Origin: an uncultured delta proteobacterium
GTDB lineage: Bacteria > Desulfobacterota > Binatia > UBA9968
DNA: 64,000 nt
Direction: 5' to 3'
Assembly (NCBI GenBank): GCA_963847445.1
Contig: CAWJZV010000012.1
Span: 34,680 to 98,679 of the forward strand
A program made the position numbers and the translations under genes. Shown here in pieces: positions 45,293-55,346 of this stretch. Numbering within the stretch: the stretch's first letter is position 1; each line of letters opens with the position of its first letter. The notes beneath the pieces were generated by a model. The model saw only the letters and a program-made list of their open reading frames with translations, searched no databases and was not told the origin of the DNA.

Positions 45293-45943
45293 TCAGAACA
45301 CTTCGCTTTGTTGCGACGTCCCGTTGGCCATAGCTGTGGCTTGCGCGCCAGCCGCCGGAGTATCGGAGGTATGAGGATCGGATGTTCCAGGGGATGCATG
45401 ACCGTTGGCATCACATCTTGCCTCGATCTGTTTTCGCCAGCCGAGGATTGCTAACGCGGCTTCCTCCATCACCCGGGCGATTTTGAAGAGGTCTGGATAT
45501 TCGAGTGCAATACCGATCTTTTGCCCATCCTTGCTCTTGTTGTTCTCCGTGATTCCTAGGAAATAGCGAACCTTCGAACCATTAGGTGGGTCCTTTGGCC
45601 GGTAAAAGCCGATGATCTTGGCATTGCCGTCCCGGCCGCACTTTGCCGGATCGCGGTACCAAGAGGGCAGAGTCCCTTTGGAATCAGCGACCAGGGATTC
45701 TTTCCCTTCCGCCAGCGCCGCAGCCGCGGCTGCGACTTCCAGTGCCCCTTCAAAGTTGAAACTCGCCGTGAGTTTTTTGTCCCAGAGATATTTCTTGGTG
45801 TTCTTATCCGGCATCTTGTTTTCCATCCCTGGGATGACCGACGCCAGGCTTACAAAGACCAGAGCCAGCTCCGGACTCGGACTGATTTGCAGCGCGCTTT
45901 TGCTGCGGTATAAATTCAGCGTTTGCAGAAAGGGTTTGTCCAT
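45293..45943 (-). CDS. Whirly-like (PC4-fold) putative ssDNA-binding protein
   Basis: Collinear motif matches to plant Whirly: LYRSKSAL~IYKGKAAL, KKYLWDKK~RQYDWSKK, WYRDPAK~FFHDPFK, AILGW~YLIGW; low-complexity tail ending SEVF. Confidence 0.65.
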   Translation of the reverse strand: MDKPFLQTLNLYRSKSALQISPSPELALVFVSLASVIPGMENKMPDKNTKKYLWDKKLTASFNFEGALEVAAAAAALAEGKESLVADSKGTLPSWYRDPAKCGRDGNAKIIGFYRPKDPPNGSKVRYFLGITENNKSKDGQKIGIALEYPDLFKIARVMEEAALAILGWRKQIEARCDANGHASPGTSDPHTSDTPAAGAQATAMANGTSQQSEVF

Positions 45944-45970
45944 ATAAACCTCCGATGATGCAGAGCAAAA

Positions 45971-46258
45971 TTAGCTCTGTTTCTGTGTGCTCTCCGGTTT
46001 CTTCTCGACCGGAATGATGTCTTTGATTCTCGCCCCCGGTACCGAGTTCTTGATCTTCACGATGGTCTCAAGGGAGCCGTTCTCCGTGGCTTTTTGCAGC
46101 TGGAGGAGTTCAATCGGACTAAAAGCGAGTTTTCCCTGACCGATGAGCTCCTCATAGACCTCTTTGCTGCCGCAGACGTGAATCTCTCCATAGGGCGTTT
46201 CTAGAATGACCTCCCGGTAACGCCGGATGAAATCCTTCGCTTCTTCCTGACTGATCAT
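45971..46258 (-). CDS. Hypothetical protein
   Basis: Good RBS, co-oriented with the element's gene train, protein-like composition. Confidence 0.65.
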   Translation of the reverse strand: MISQEEAKDFIRRYREVILETPYGEIHVCGSKEVYEELIGQGKLAFSPIELLQLQKATENGSLETIVKIKNSVPGARIKDIIPVEKKPESTQKQS

Positions 46259-46360
46259 AATGTTTCTCCTTCCTGATTTTTGAAAATTGTTCTCAAGCCG
46301 TGATTATTTGGTTCCATTTTCTGGTCTTTCTTGAGCGCTCATTGCCCTAGAATCGACCAG

Positions 46361-46846
46361 ATGAGACTCGTGTTAGTGTTGATTTTGTTACTGATACGAA
46401 CCGACTGCTGGGGGTTATCGCCGGAGGTGTACATGCGAGCCGCGGCGGCGACCGGGATTCCCGTTGAGCTTTTACTGGCGATCAGCCACGTCGAAAGCGG
46501 TTTTCAACCCCACGCGCTCAACGTTTCAGGACGTTCTTTCTTTCCGTCCTCAATCTACGAAGCCGTGGGGCTACTCAAACGATCGGGCGACAATGTCGAT
46601 ATCGGCCTCATGCAGGTCAATTGGAGTTATTGGGGAAACCGCTTCGGTCTTTCCAAGTCCGAGCTTTTAGATCCTCAATTAAACGTCCTGGTCGGCGCGA
46701 AGATTCTCGAACACTGCATTCGCGTCAGTGGCAGCTGGTGGAAAGGGGTGGGTCTTTATCACTCGCCGGAAAACTTTCGCCAGCGCGCTTACATCGAAAA
46801 AGTCTGGCGATCGTATCGGCTGGTGCTGATGAAAATGGGAAAATAA
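46361..46846 (+). CDS. Lytic transglycosylase (SLT; VirB1/IagB-like)
   Basis: Signal peptide; AISHVES catalytic Glu, DIGLMQVN, LLDPQLN and YHS. Confidence 0.88.
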   Translation: MRLVLVLILLLIRTDCWGLSPEVYMRAAAATGIPVELLLAISHVESGFQPHALNVSGRSFFPSSIYEAVGLLKRSGDNVDIGLMQVNWSYWGNRFGLSKSELLDPQLNVLVGAKILEHCIRVSGSWWKGVGLYHSPENFRQRAYIEKVWRSYRLVLMKMGK

Positions 46847-46860
46847 ACGATAATGTCGCT

Positions 46861-49004
46861 TCAGTATACGTAGGCAAACAAGACGAGCTGAGTCGGGCTT
46901 TGGGATTTAGTTCCGTCTCTCTTGGTAATCGATTCCCGCCTGGACTCTGCGCAGGCAACGGCATCCTGTCCCGGTTCAATTCGGCTTTGGTTATTCAGAA
47001 CTTCGCTTTGAATGGGCTCATCGGCTCTTTCAGGGAAAGCCTCGTCATCGATTGCTTCCAGGTTGGTATCCTCTGGAACGATCATGTCGGTTTCCTCTTC
47101 GACGCCCCTGAGTTTTCCAAGCTCGCTTTCGAGAGAGATTTGCTCTTCGGCCCGGTCAATAATGGTCTTTGCCAGGGCTACCAGGCCATCTTCTTCGAAT
47201 TCTTCGACGAAGCTTTCCCTCGTGAGTTCCCCCTCCGTCAAAAGCGCCGCGCGCAGTTTCTTGACGTTCAGGGTTATGGCTTTCTCCTGAATGGTTCCCT
47301 TGTAATAGAGGTGATGGACATTCACGGGTTCCTTCTGACCGATGCGCCATGATCTTCTGGAGGCCTGACGCAAGATATAAACGGAATAGTCCTGCTGGTA
47401 CCAAACAACTTCGGGAAACTGGATCAAATCAAGACCGGTCTGAACGTTTCTCGGATGGGTTATCAGAACATCACCTTTGAATGAGTTGATCCATTCCTCC
47501 CGCTCAGCCGCCTTTACCTTGGCGGCTTTGAGCACTTGGGTTTCAAGTCCCGCCTCGCCGAGAATTTTGGTGAGTCTCTCCGTAATGTCCCGGGTTTCTG
47601 TGTGAACGCAGTAGATTACGGCTCTTTCTGCCGGTCTCTTTTTGCTTCCGCGCAGATCCGTAAAAGTTCTTTCTCTTTGGGATAAAGCGTGTTTTCAGGG
47701 AGCGGAGTGGATTCAGCCAATACGCGCCCGCTGTTTTTGTCTTTAATGATTTCGTGGACCCACGGGCTGTCGGAGTAGCCGAGTAAAGCCTGGAGATAGA
47801 TCCCCAGGAGTCGCTTCGAGCCCTGGTTAAGCGCGTTTCTCAATTCCGTGAGCAGTTCCTCCTGAAATGAGCGATAGGCGTCATTCTGTGCCGGCTCCAT
47901 GTCGATCGCGTGGGCTATTTCACGGTAGGGTGGGAGAGCGATATTCAGGTCAGCGAGCTTTAAGAAAATTGCCCTCGGCAAAAGTTCTGGTATGAGCGCC
48001 GGAGAGATTCCCGGACGTTCATGCCAGCGCACCTCCTGGGCTTTCTTCAGGCTCGCCCTTCCTTCATCCTCATTTGAAACATAGGTGATCTTCTCCAGGA
48101 CACCGTAGAGTTCCATCCACCTCTTGATGTCCTTGAACTGTAAAATCCTTCCGTATGTCCGGAGAGATACGGAACAGCAGATAGAAAAGATTCGAGCTGT
48201 AGCCGCCGAGAAGGGTGCCGGTGAGCGCGAGAATTTGTCGCGCGCCTTTCCCAAATGATCGAGAGCAATGCCTTGTGCTGTGGCCGCGCCTTTATATTCG
48301 TGACACTCGTCAGAAATGAGCAGATCGAAATGTCCGGGGTACTTGTTCTTGAGGTAGGTCGCGAGGGGAAAGCGTCTGGGACCTCTTGGGTCCGCCTCCC
48401 ACAATGGCTCACGGCAATCCCTGCACTTCTGTTTTTTCCGGTTGAGGGATTCCTCCGCCAGCGGCAAGCCGTCCCTGTCTACCAGCGGGATTCTGCATTT
48501 AGGGCATACAAAGGTGCCATCCCTGAGGCGCTTTGCGTGTCCCTTCCAGAAATACCCCAGTTTTGCCTTTTCCCGAGAAAGGATTACGAATAGAGACCGG
48601 CGTTTTTCTTTCAGGACTCTTTCAAGGTCGCCAATTTTCTCCGCCACAACCGCGTGAGCAGAAGGAAGGGTTTGTCTGACCTCTCGCCGCCATTTGCCGA
48701 CGAGATGAGGCGGACAGACGACCAGAGTCTTCTCGAAACCAAGAGCGGCAGCAGCGGCAATCGAGATATAGGTTTTGCCAAGACCCATTTCTCCGACGAG
48801 AATTGCGGAATCGCGTGATCGGAGAGCTTGGACGATCCCGCCGATGGCGTCGACCTGGCTGGCGATGGGCCGTCTGGGGAGTTCCTTTATGAGCTTATAG
48901 ATAGCCTTTCGACCAGTCCCTGGGTGGTAGAGTGGATTGGAGTCCCGGCCAACGCTGGCAACGATGACGGAACGGAACTCTTCGATGAAATCGTGGATGT
49001 TCAT
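46861..49004 (-). CDS. SF2 helicase of ICE/plasmid type (frameshifted)
   Basis: Start MNIHDF; GEMGLGKT, VCPPHLVGKW, two CxxC pairs, DECHEYK, TGLDL and LRQASRRSWRIGQ. Confidence 0.85.
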
Positions 49005-50009
49005 ACGATCTGCAGGTATTCGCCCGTGTTCAAATCGAAGGCGTTTATCTGGGTGATGATTCGTTCGCGCTCGGTGATCTTGATTCCTTTTTCGGTTTCC
49101 TCTTCGAATGCGGTCAATGGCCTTCTTCGACGTCCCTTTGATAAGCAGCCTTTTGCCGTTGGCTTCCAGTATCTGGTTATTGATGAGTCCCGCGGCAATC
49201 AGCATTGCCAGATGGGCTTTGCGAGGCGGCATGAGTGGTTGAATAGGTGGTCTTATCTGTTCATCTTCCTCGACCAGACCGAGCGCCGGCTCTTTCCAGA
49301 GGGAACTTGCCTTAAGCTCTTCAAAAAGCTCGTCAGGACCGAACTCAGACGATCGGATAAAGAAGTCTTTCGTGACGGCCGGGATACTGAAGGAGAATTC
49401 CTTTCGATACATTTCGGGGAGATCCACAGCCTGAATTTGGGTCAAGCTGGCAAGAACTTCCCCGTCTATCTCGGCGCGCGCCTTTTTGAGCCCGGCGATG
49501 ACGATTTGCCCGAACGCCTGGAACTCGTCGGCAGGAAATCTTCTGACTTTCAAGTCTTCAAAGTAGGCGGAAAGAACTCGGGCAATTCTTGGTGTGATTC
49601 GTTTTTGCGGCACCACGAAAAGGAGAAGGCCTCCTGGAATGAGATAAGGGAGTGTATGCTTGAGGAAGGAAAGCTCTGTCCGGCCGTCTGCCGCATCGAA
49701 GTCATAAGGAGGATTCAAGTACAAAATTGAAAAGGCTCCGGGGCGTGCTCTTACGCTGAAAAGATCGCTAGCAACGACTTTACTTAAGAGGTTCTTCGCT
49801 ACCTGCGCTCTTTCGGTATTGATTTCTACGCCATAGGCGTCGCATCCAGCAGCGACTGCTATTCCGGCCGCCGGCTCTCCAGTGCCGCAGCAAGGATCGA
49901 GAAGTCGCCGCAGACCAGGCTTTTTCTCGCCGATCCAGGTCTTGATGATGTCGACGACGTTGGGCGGCGTTGGATAGAAACCCGCCTTGGCTTGTGCCTC
50001 AAGTCTCAT
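49001..50009 (-). CDS. Class I SAM-dependent DNA methyltransferase (DUF6094-like; frameshift near 49110)
   Basis: GFYPTP, LDPCCGTG, YGVE, LNPPY and PLMPPRKAHLA; stop overlaps the helicase ATG (ATGA). Confidence 0.82.
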
Positions 50010-50044
50010 GAATACTCAATTCTCGAATGGGAAGAATGAAGCCT

Positions 50045-50668
50045 TTAGATACGCGAGGATGTCTTGGAAAACGGTAGGAGTGAGACGTTGTCGAAAACTT
50101 TTCTCAGCTTTCCCTTTTTGAGTGCCGTGGAAATATCTTCGGCCAAGCTTATATCGTCCAGTGAAATCTTGATCCCATGGATTCCATGGGCCGTCAGCGC
50201 TTCTACTTCCTTTCTTTGGACGGCTCGTTTGTACAGCCACGCCTTCCAGCCGGAATGGACCGGAACTGCACTGTGCTTTATGAGGGCAGTGAAATAGAGA
50301 TCCGAAACCGTGGGTTCCGGTCTTGCCGTCAAAGCATAGTAAGTCTGCGACTGGCCAAGGTCGTTTTTCATGAATACTGCTGTATGGACGATTCCCGAGG
50401 GTAAAGCCTTAACATTCGTTCCGTATTTTGTTTTGGGAAGCAGGCAAATCTCGTGAATTCCGACATTTAACCAGTGGTTGGTAAGAAGCCTGGCTCTGAT
50501 GGCCTTCACCGCGTCTTTATAGCCGGCAATAGAGAGAAAGATGACCCATTGTCCGTCCAGTGCATAGGCGTCGGCGAACGCGTGAAATCCTTCGGCCTCA
50601 ATGGGTATTAGAGCGGAAGGACAGTCCTTCCCGGTAGAGTCGCTGTTTGACTGCGGGTGCACATTCAT
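50045..50668 (-). CDS. Hypothetical protein upstream of the MTase-helicase pair
   Basis: Intact co-oriented ORF containing FLSIAGYKDAVKAIRARL. Confidence 0.65.
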   Translation of the reverse strand: MNVHPQSNSDSTGKDCPSALIPIEAEGFHAFADAYALDGQWVIFLSIAGYKDAVKAIRARLLTNHWLNVGIHEICLLPKTKYGTNVKALPSGIVHTAVFMKNDLGQSQTYYALTARPEPTVSDLYFTALIKHSAVPVHSGWKAWLYKRAVQRKEVEALTAHGIHGIKISLDDISLAEDISTALKKGKLRKVFDNVSLLPFSKTSSRI

Positions 50669-50720
50669 TCTGCTTTATGCCGAGCCGCTCGTTTCGGTGA
50701 TTTTCGGAGATGCTGTGGCG

Positions 50721-51026
50721 CTAATATTCGTGGGGAAGAAGGAGAGTTGTAACAGATCTGTCTGCCTCAGTGATGATCCACACTTTCACATCGTGCAGGG
50801 TTCGATAGGCGCTGAGGATTCGGAAACCATTTATCACGGAAAATTCGTTTTCCCGTATGTCTTCTGCACAAAGCTCACCCCAATCTCCCGATTGATGTCT
50901 TTGGATAAACTCGAAGGGGTTTTGATTCGCTTCCTCAAGCGCTTGCAGAGCACCCGGCGTGGCGACAATACGTCCCAGGGGAAATTTTGGCAGCAATCGA
51001 TTCATATCGGTCATTTGTTTTTCCAT
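50721..51026 (-). CDS. Conserved plasmid/ICE small protein of unknown function
   Basis: FPLGRIVATPGAL...RHQSGDWG...WIITEADRSVTTLLLPHEY family signature. Confidence 0.8.
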   Translation of the reverse strand: MEKQMTDMNRLLPKFPLGRIVATPGALQALEEANQNPFEFIQRHQSGDWGELCAEDIRENEFSVINGFRILSAYRTLHDVKVWIITEADRSVTTLLLPHEY

Positions 51027-51035
51027 TTTGGTTGC

Positions 51036-51514
51036 TTAAAGGTGCCCCGAATCCTTGAGTGAAACGTAACTCTTCTTGCCGATGATGATGTGATCGAGAA
51101 ATCGTATGGGCAGGAGATCGGCTATCTGTTTCAAAGACTTCGTTACCGAGATGTCCTCGGCGCTCGGTTTGGGATCACCGGCGGGATGGTTATGCAAGGA
51201 CGATCAACAGCGGCGGCGTTGGTCAACAGAGCGCCTTGCAGAATCGCTCGCGGTTCAAAAAGCGAAGCTGTCAAAGTTCCCCGCGATACTTCTTCAATGG
51301 AGAGCACATGATGTTTGTTGTCTAAATAAGTCGCGATGACGACTTCTCTTGGTTCATCTTCGAGAGCGGAGAAATAATCCCAAACCTCTTTGCTCGAGGT
51401 AAAAGGAATGGCGGGTAGATACGCAGCGGCATTTTCCGCCGCGACCAGTTTCACCCTTACGGTCGGTCCCTGGTAGGTTTTGCGAAAGAGATCCAGATTA
51501 AAAGAGTTCGACAT
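51036..51514 (-). CDS. radC: JAB-domain RadC-like protein (frameshifted)
   Basis: EPREV...YLDNK...VSRGTL...PRAI, then HNHPAGDPKPSAED...LDHIIIG in the shifted frame. Confidence 0.88.
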
Positions 51515-52543
51515 CGTCGGGCTGGTCGTTGCCAGGTAAAGATTTTGGCGATGAGTTACCAACATCGTTCCCGTTTAAATGTTCATGGAGATGGAAAACC
51601 GGAGTCATTTCCGCCACTTCTCTCGGTACAACCCATACCGGCTTTCTACCGTCGAACTGAAGTTTTGCCTCGGCCAGCAGTGCTTTTTGAAGCGACAGGT
51701 GGAGCAGGGAAAACCTAACTTCGGTTCGAGAATCTTCCCGGTTTCCTCACAAGCAGTGCAGGGCTTTTTGATTTGCTTCTTTTCTGTGAGATAGAAGCCG
51801 TTGCCGTCGCACTTTTCACAGACGAGCTTGGGACCGTACTCCCGATCGGGGAGATTTGTCGGAGTTGCGTGGATGACCTTGCGAAACCGCGCCACCACTT
51901 CTTCGTGAAGCTTAGGATCGAACGGATGGGTAACTTCGGCTCTCTGCCATTCGTCGTCTTCGATGGGCGATTCAGGAGTGTATTGTAGCCAACCTCCTGA
52001 CGGAGTAAGGATTCGCGTTTCGATCTTTTCGATGTTCTTTGAACAAAACAGTTCCAGGAGATGAGAAGTCTCCTTGCGGTAACAGACCCAGAGAGCGTTA
52101 TTGAGACCTCCGCCGACGACGTAGGAGTTGAGCTGGCAGCGGTAAGCGTAGTCAATCTTTCCCTGCAGGGCGTTACGAAAACCGTAATTGGACATGCTTT
52201 TCAGCTCGGCGACGGTCCGGCCATAGGATTCCAGAGTAGGAACGCCATCGGCGTGGCCAAAGATCTTTATGCCATCAACCTCGATGTAGAACTCTTTTTC
52301 CTCCGATCCCCATGACTTCGCGCAATGTGTTCTGAATTCCTCCTTCAGCCATTTGTCGACTCGTTTGCCTTCTTCGAGGATCATGAGCACCCGCGCCGGC
52401 ATGGGCTCTGATTTGAAGGTCGAGGGAAAGCGCTGGTAGGCGAGAGCGCGGGCGCATCTCCCGCTGTTGGAAAGACGGAAAGGGTTGCCTGGGTGTTTTT
52501 TACCAATCTCGATATAAAAATCGATCACTCTCTCGATGAGCAT
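51498..52543 (-). CDS. Solo Cas4-like PD-(D/E)XK nuclease with inserted DnaJ-type zinc finger (3' frameshift)
   Basis: SNSGRCAR, GHADG, AELKSM, QLNSY and CSTCRFKKHC; insertion CEKCDGNG...CTACEETG. Confidence 0.75.
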
Positions 52544-52576
52544 TTGTTTTTACAGAAAAACGGGAATCAGGCGATT

Positions 52577-53925
52577 TCAGATCTCAGAAAGGATCTGACC
52601 GCCCTCTCTGGCGTTTGGCGATGCCGATAGGGAGAAAACTTTATCTGAGAACTGCTTCACTGTTTCTGTGGTCTCCGAGCCGATGAGAACGCTGTAGCAT
52701 TTTGCTCCAGACCGACGCTTCGCCTGAATGAAGTCCGCTTTTCTATCTTCCTCGATGTTGCAAATCCCATCGGTGATGAAAAAGAGATCCGCCCGCGGTT
52801 GTTCTTTGAATTTGTCTTGAGCCCACCGGAGCGGCGGTCCGAAATCGGTCCCCATGTGGAAGGACGCCGTTGCCAAGTCCTCCAGCCGGTTCACATCGAT
52901 CTCAAAGATCTCATTTTCGCTTGCGCCAAAGATGATCCCGTGAGCTTTTCGTTTTTCCTTTTTGGCTTGCAGCATTGTGGCGATCGCCAAAGCTTTGGCC
53001 CAGATCTCTTTTGCTCCCGCCATGCTTCCCGAGCCGTCGACGGCGATCAATATCGGCCCCTGTGTTTCTTCGACTGGATTCTTGTAACTGTAGGCCAGGA
53101 GATCTTCGTCCAGAAGCCTTTTCAGAAACAAATCTTCGCCTTGCTCTCCAATGGCGAGGGTTGCCAGCTCGTCCGGCAGGACTCTCTCGATGCCATCGAT
53201 GCCGACCGTTTCGACGCCTCTTCTTACCGGAGCCGATGGGTTATCTTGGATCTCTTTATCGATAGCGCTTGAAGCCTCATCCGGCCGAGCATCTTGACGA
53301 TTTCCTTGATTTTCGAGTTTTTTCCAAGAAGATCGGCGAGGCGAAACTGCTCGGTTAACGGGATTCGCTGGATTCCTCCTTCTTGTCTTCCGAAGGTCTC
53401 GACCGCTTGCTTTGCCTCCTGGGCCTCCTCCAGTCCTTTTTTGAGCGATTTACGAATTGCCCAGCGAAGCGTGTCAGGGTCGACGCCCATAGGACCCTTG
53501 TTTGGTTTGCCGTTCTCGGGCTCTTTCTTATCCTCCTCTTTTTTCTGCTTGATAAGTTCTACGATCTGGTCCGAGAATGCTCTTGTTGCCGCTGCCGAAG
53601 CAAAAAAGTCGAGCCTGGATACGCTGTGCAGTTCTTCGTATTCTTTGAGTCCGAGCGCGGTTTCCATGATCTCGCGGTTTTCTTCGGTCTCCCGCGGCGG
53701 ATTTTGTTTGAGCCTGGCCTTGTTTTGAAAAAATGCCGAGAAAACATCCGAGAGAAGCGGTAAATAGTTGGATGTAATCTCACTCCCTTGATCCGCTGCT
53801 TCCCTGAGCCCTTCATAGCTCTCCACTGCGGACATGAACTTGTGCGCCTGAAAGCGTGTGCCGTCGATGCACATCCGCTCGAAGAGCGTTTTTGCGTCAG
53901 CCAGTGTGTTTGATTCGGTCTGCAT
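52577..53925 (-). CDS. VWA domain protein (ViaA-like; frameshifted)
   Basis: GPILIAVDGSGSMAG MIDAS motif, GTDFGPPL and ADLFFITDG; adjacent to the AAA ATPase. Confidence 0.85.
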
Positions 53926-53928
53926 AGT

Positions 53929-55056
53929 TTAGATTCTCAATTTCAGGAAATTCCGCATGATGTTGGCCTGGATAGAGCGAATACTCTCCACGGCGTCTTT
54001 CTCTCTTTTCGATCTGGCTAGTTTTTCGGCATCCGAAATGATCGCGGCGATTTCAGTTGCCGCCTGAGACGCTCGTTGGAACATTTCGCTGCCATTCATG
54101 CGGTCTTGTTCCTGCTTTAACTTTTCCAGCTCCTCTCTGGCGCTGTCCAAATATTCGAGCACTTTGGCAAGGCCGGGATCGGTGATGTTAAGAATGGCCT
54201 GGCGCACGGTTATTCTTTCTTCCGGTTGATGCCAAAGGATCGACGACAGCGATTCGAGGTCGTGAAGCTCGGTCACCGGTCGTCCATCCAGAGCCGCTGA
54301 CGCCCTGAGAACCCTGACGGATTCGAACCATCGTCGATTTGAGCTTTTTACCCCTTGGTCGTGGATTTTCTCTCTGAGCTCGGTCAGAGCGTCCTTTACA
54401 TCATTGGAAACCTTGACCCCTTCCGCCGATGTCCAGAGTTGTTCGATTTCATTCATTGGCACCTTTGGCGGGGGGATCTCATTTCGATCCAAGACCGCAC
54501 GGAAGTTTTCCGCCATTTCGATGTCTTTGACTTCTTCTCTGATCAGAAGCCGGTCGTAGATGGCTCGCCGCGTCGAGTCTTCCGGGATTTCATTGGAGCA
54601 GGCAACGGCAAAAACCAGCGGCATCTTTACGGTCTGTCCGCCGTTGGTGAACTTTCCGTCTCGTAGAGCCCAGAGAAGCATGTTGACGACGCTCGCGTTG
54701 GCCTTCCAGATCTCGTCCAAGTATGCCACTTGGGCTTCCGGCAGCTTACCCTCGGTGATGAGAACGTCTTTGTCTTCTTTCAGCGCCTGGATGCTCTGGA
54801 TGCCGAAGATGTCTTTGTGTTTAGCTTCGTCGGTGAAAAGAAATCTGAAAGCTTTGAGCTCCAGGGCATCGCAGAGCACCTCGGCCAAATGACTCTTCGC
54901 GGTTCCGGGCGGACCGAGGAAAAAAACGTGGGTTTTTGCTGTCAAGCCCAAGAGGATTGCCCGGATGGCGTGGTCCAGTTCGACGAAGTTGGAATGAAGA
55001 TAGTTCTTGAGTTCTTCGAATCGCTGCATCTTTTGCTTCTCCTTTGGGTTTTTCAC
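53929..55056 (-). CDS. MoxR-type AAA+ ATPase (RavA-like)
   Basis: GPPGTAKS, LDEIWKA, CSNEIPE, AIYDRLLIR and SNRRW. Confidence 0.9.
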   Translation of the reverse strand: MKNPKEKQKMQRFEELKNYLHSNFVELDHAIRAILLGLTAKTHVFFLGPPGTAKSHLAEVLCDALELKAFRFLFTDEAKHKDIFGIQSIQALKEDKDVLITEGKLPEAQVAYLDEIWKANASVVNMLLWALRDGKFTNGGQTVKMPLVFAVACSNEIPEDSTRRAIYDRLLIREEVKDIEMAENFRAVLDRNEIPPPKVPMNEIEQLWTSAEGVKVSNDVKDALTELREKIHDQGVKSSNRRWFESVRVLRASAALDGRPVTELHDLESLSSILWHQPEERITVRQAILNITDPGLAKVLEYLDSAREELEKLKQEQDRMNGSEMFQRASQAATEIAAIISDAEKLARSKREKDAVESIRSIQANIMRNFLKLRI

Positions 55057-55325
55057 CAGCCGGTAGAGTTGGAATCGAGCCGAAAGTCTTTTACCGACTG
55101 CTCGTAATCTGCTTGGGTGATGTAATTGCTGGCCACGCCGACCTGGCCTTTCATCATGCGAATCAGGTTGATCACCCGGCCGGAAAGGCCCATGTCGTCG
55201 AAAACAAATCGGTCCACGAGGGTTTCCAGTTGGCCGCGAATATCCGCCAGTTCCTCATCGGTCGCATGGAACTCGATGGTAAGCGTGCGTGATTTTCTAT
55301 TTTGCGATTTCATGGTCATCGGCAA
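55053..55325 (-). CDS. Hypothetical protein
   Basis: Co-oriented; stop overlaps the ATPase start. Confidence 0.55.
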   Translation of the reverse strand: MPMTMKSQNRKSRTLTIEFHATDEELADIRGQLETLVDRFVFDDMGLSGRVINLIRMMKGQVGVASNYITQADYEQSVKDFRLDSNSTGW

Positions 55326-55346
55326 AACCTGTCGTCATGCGGATTG

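Noticed and set aside
47616-50009. 797-aa methyltransferase-helicase fusion in the ORF track
   Set aside because: Produced by a frameshift near 49110; the corrected MTase ends at 49001 with an ATGA overlap onto a separate helicase start.
51498-52543. CRISPR-Cas locus
   Set aside because: No repeat-spacer array, cas1/cas2 or effector genes were seen; the 21-bp-period repeats at 63058 are too short and degenerate for CRISPR.
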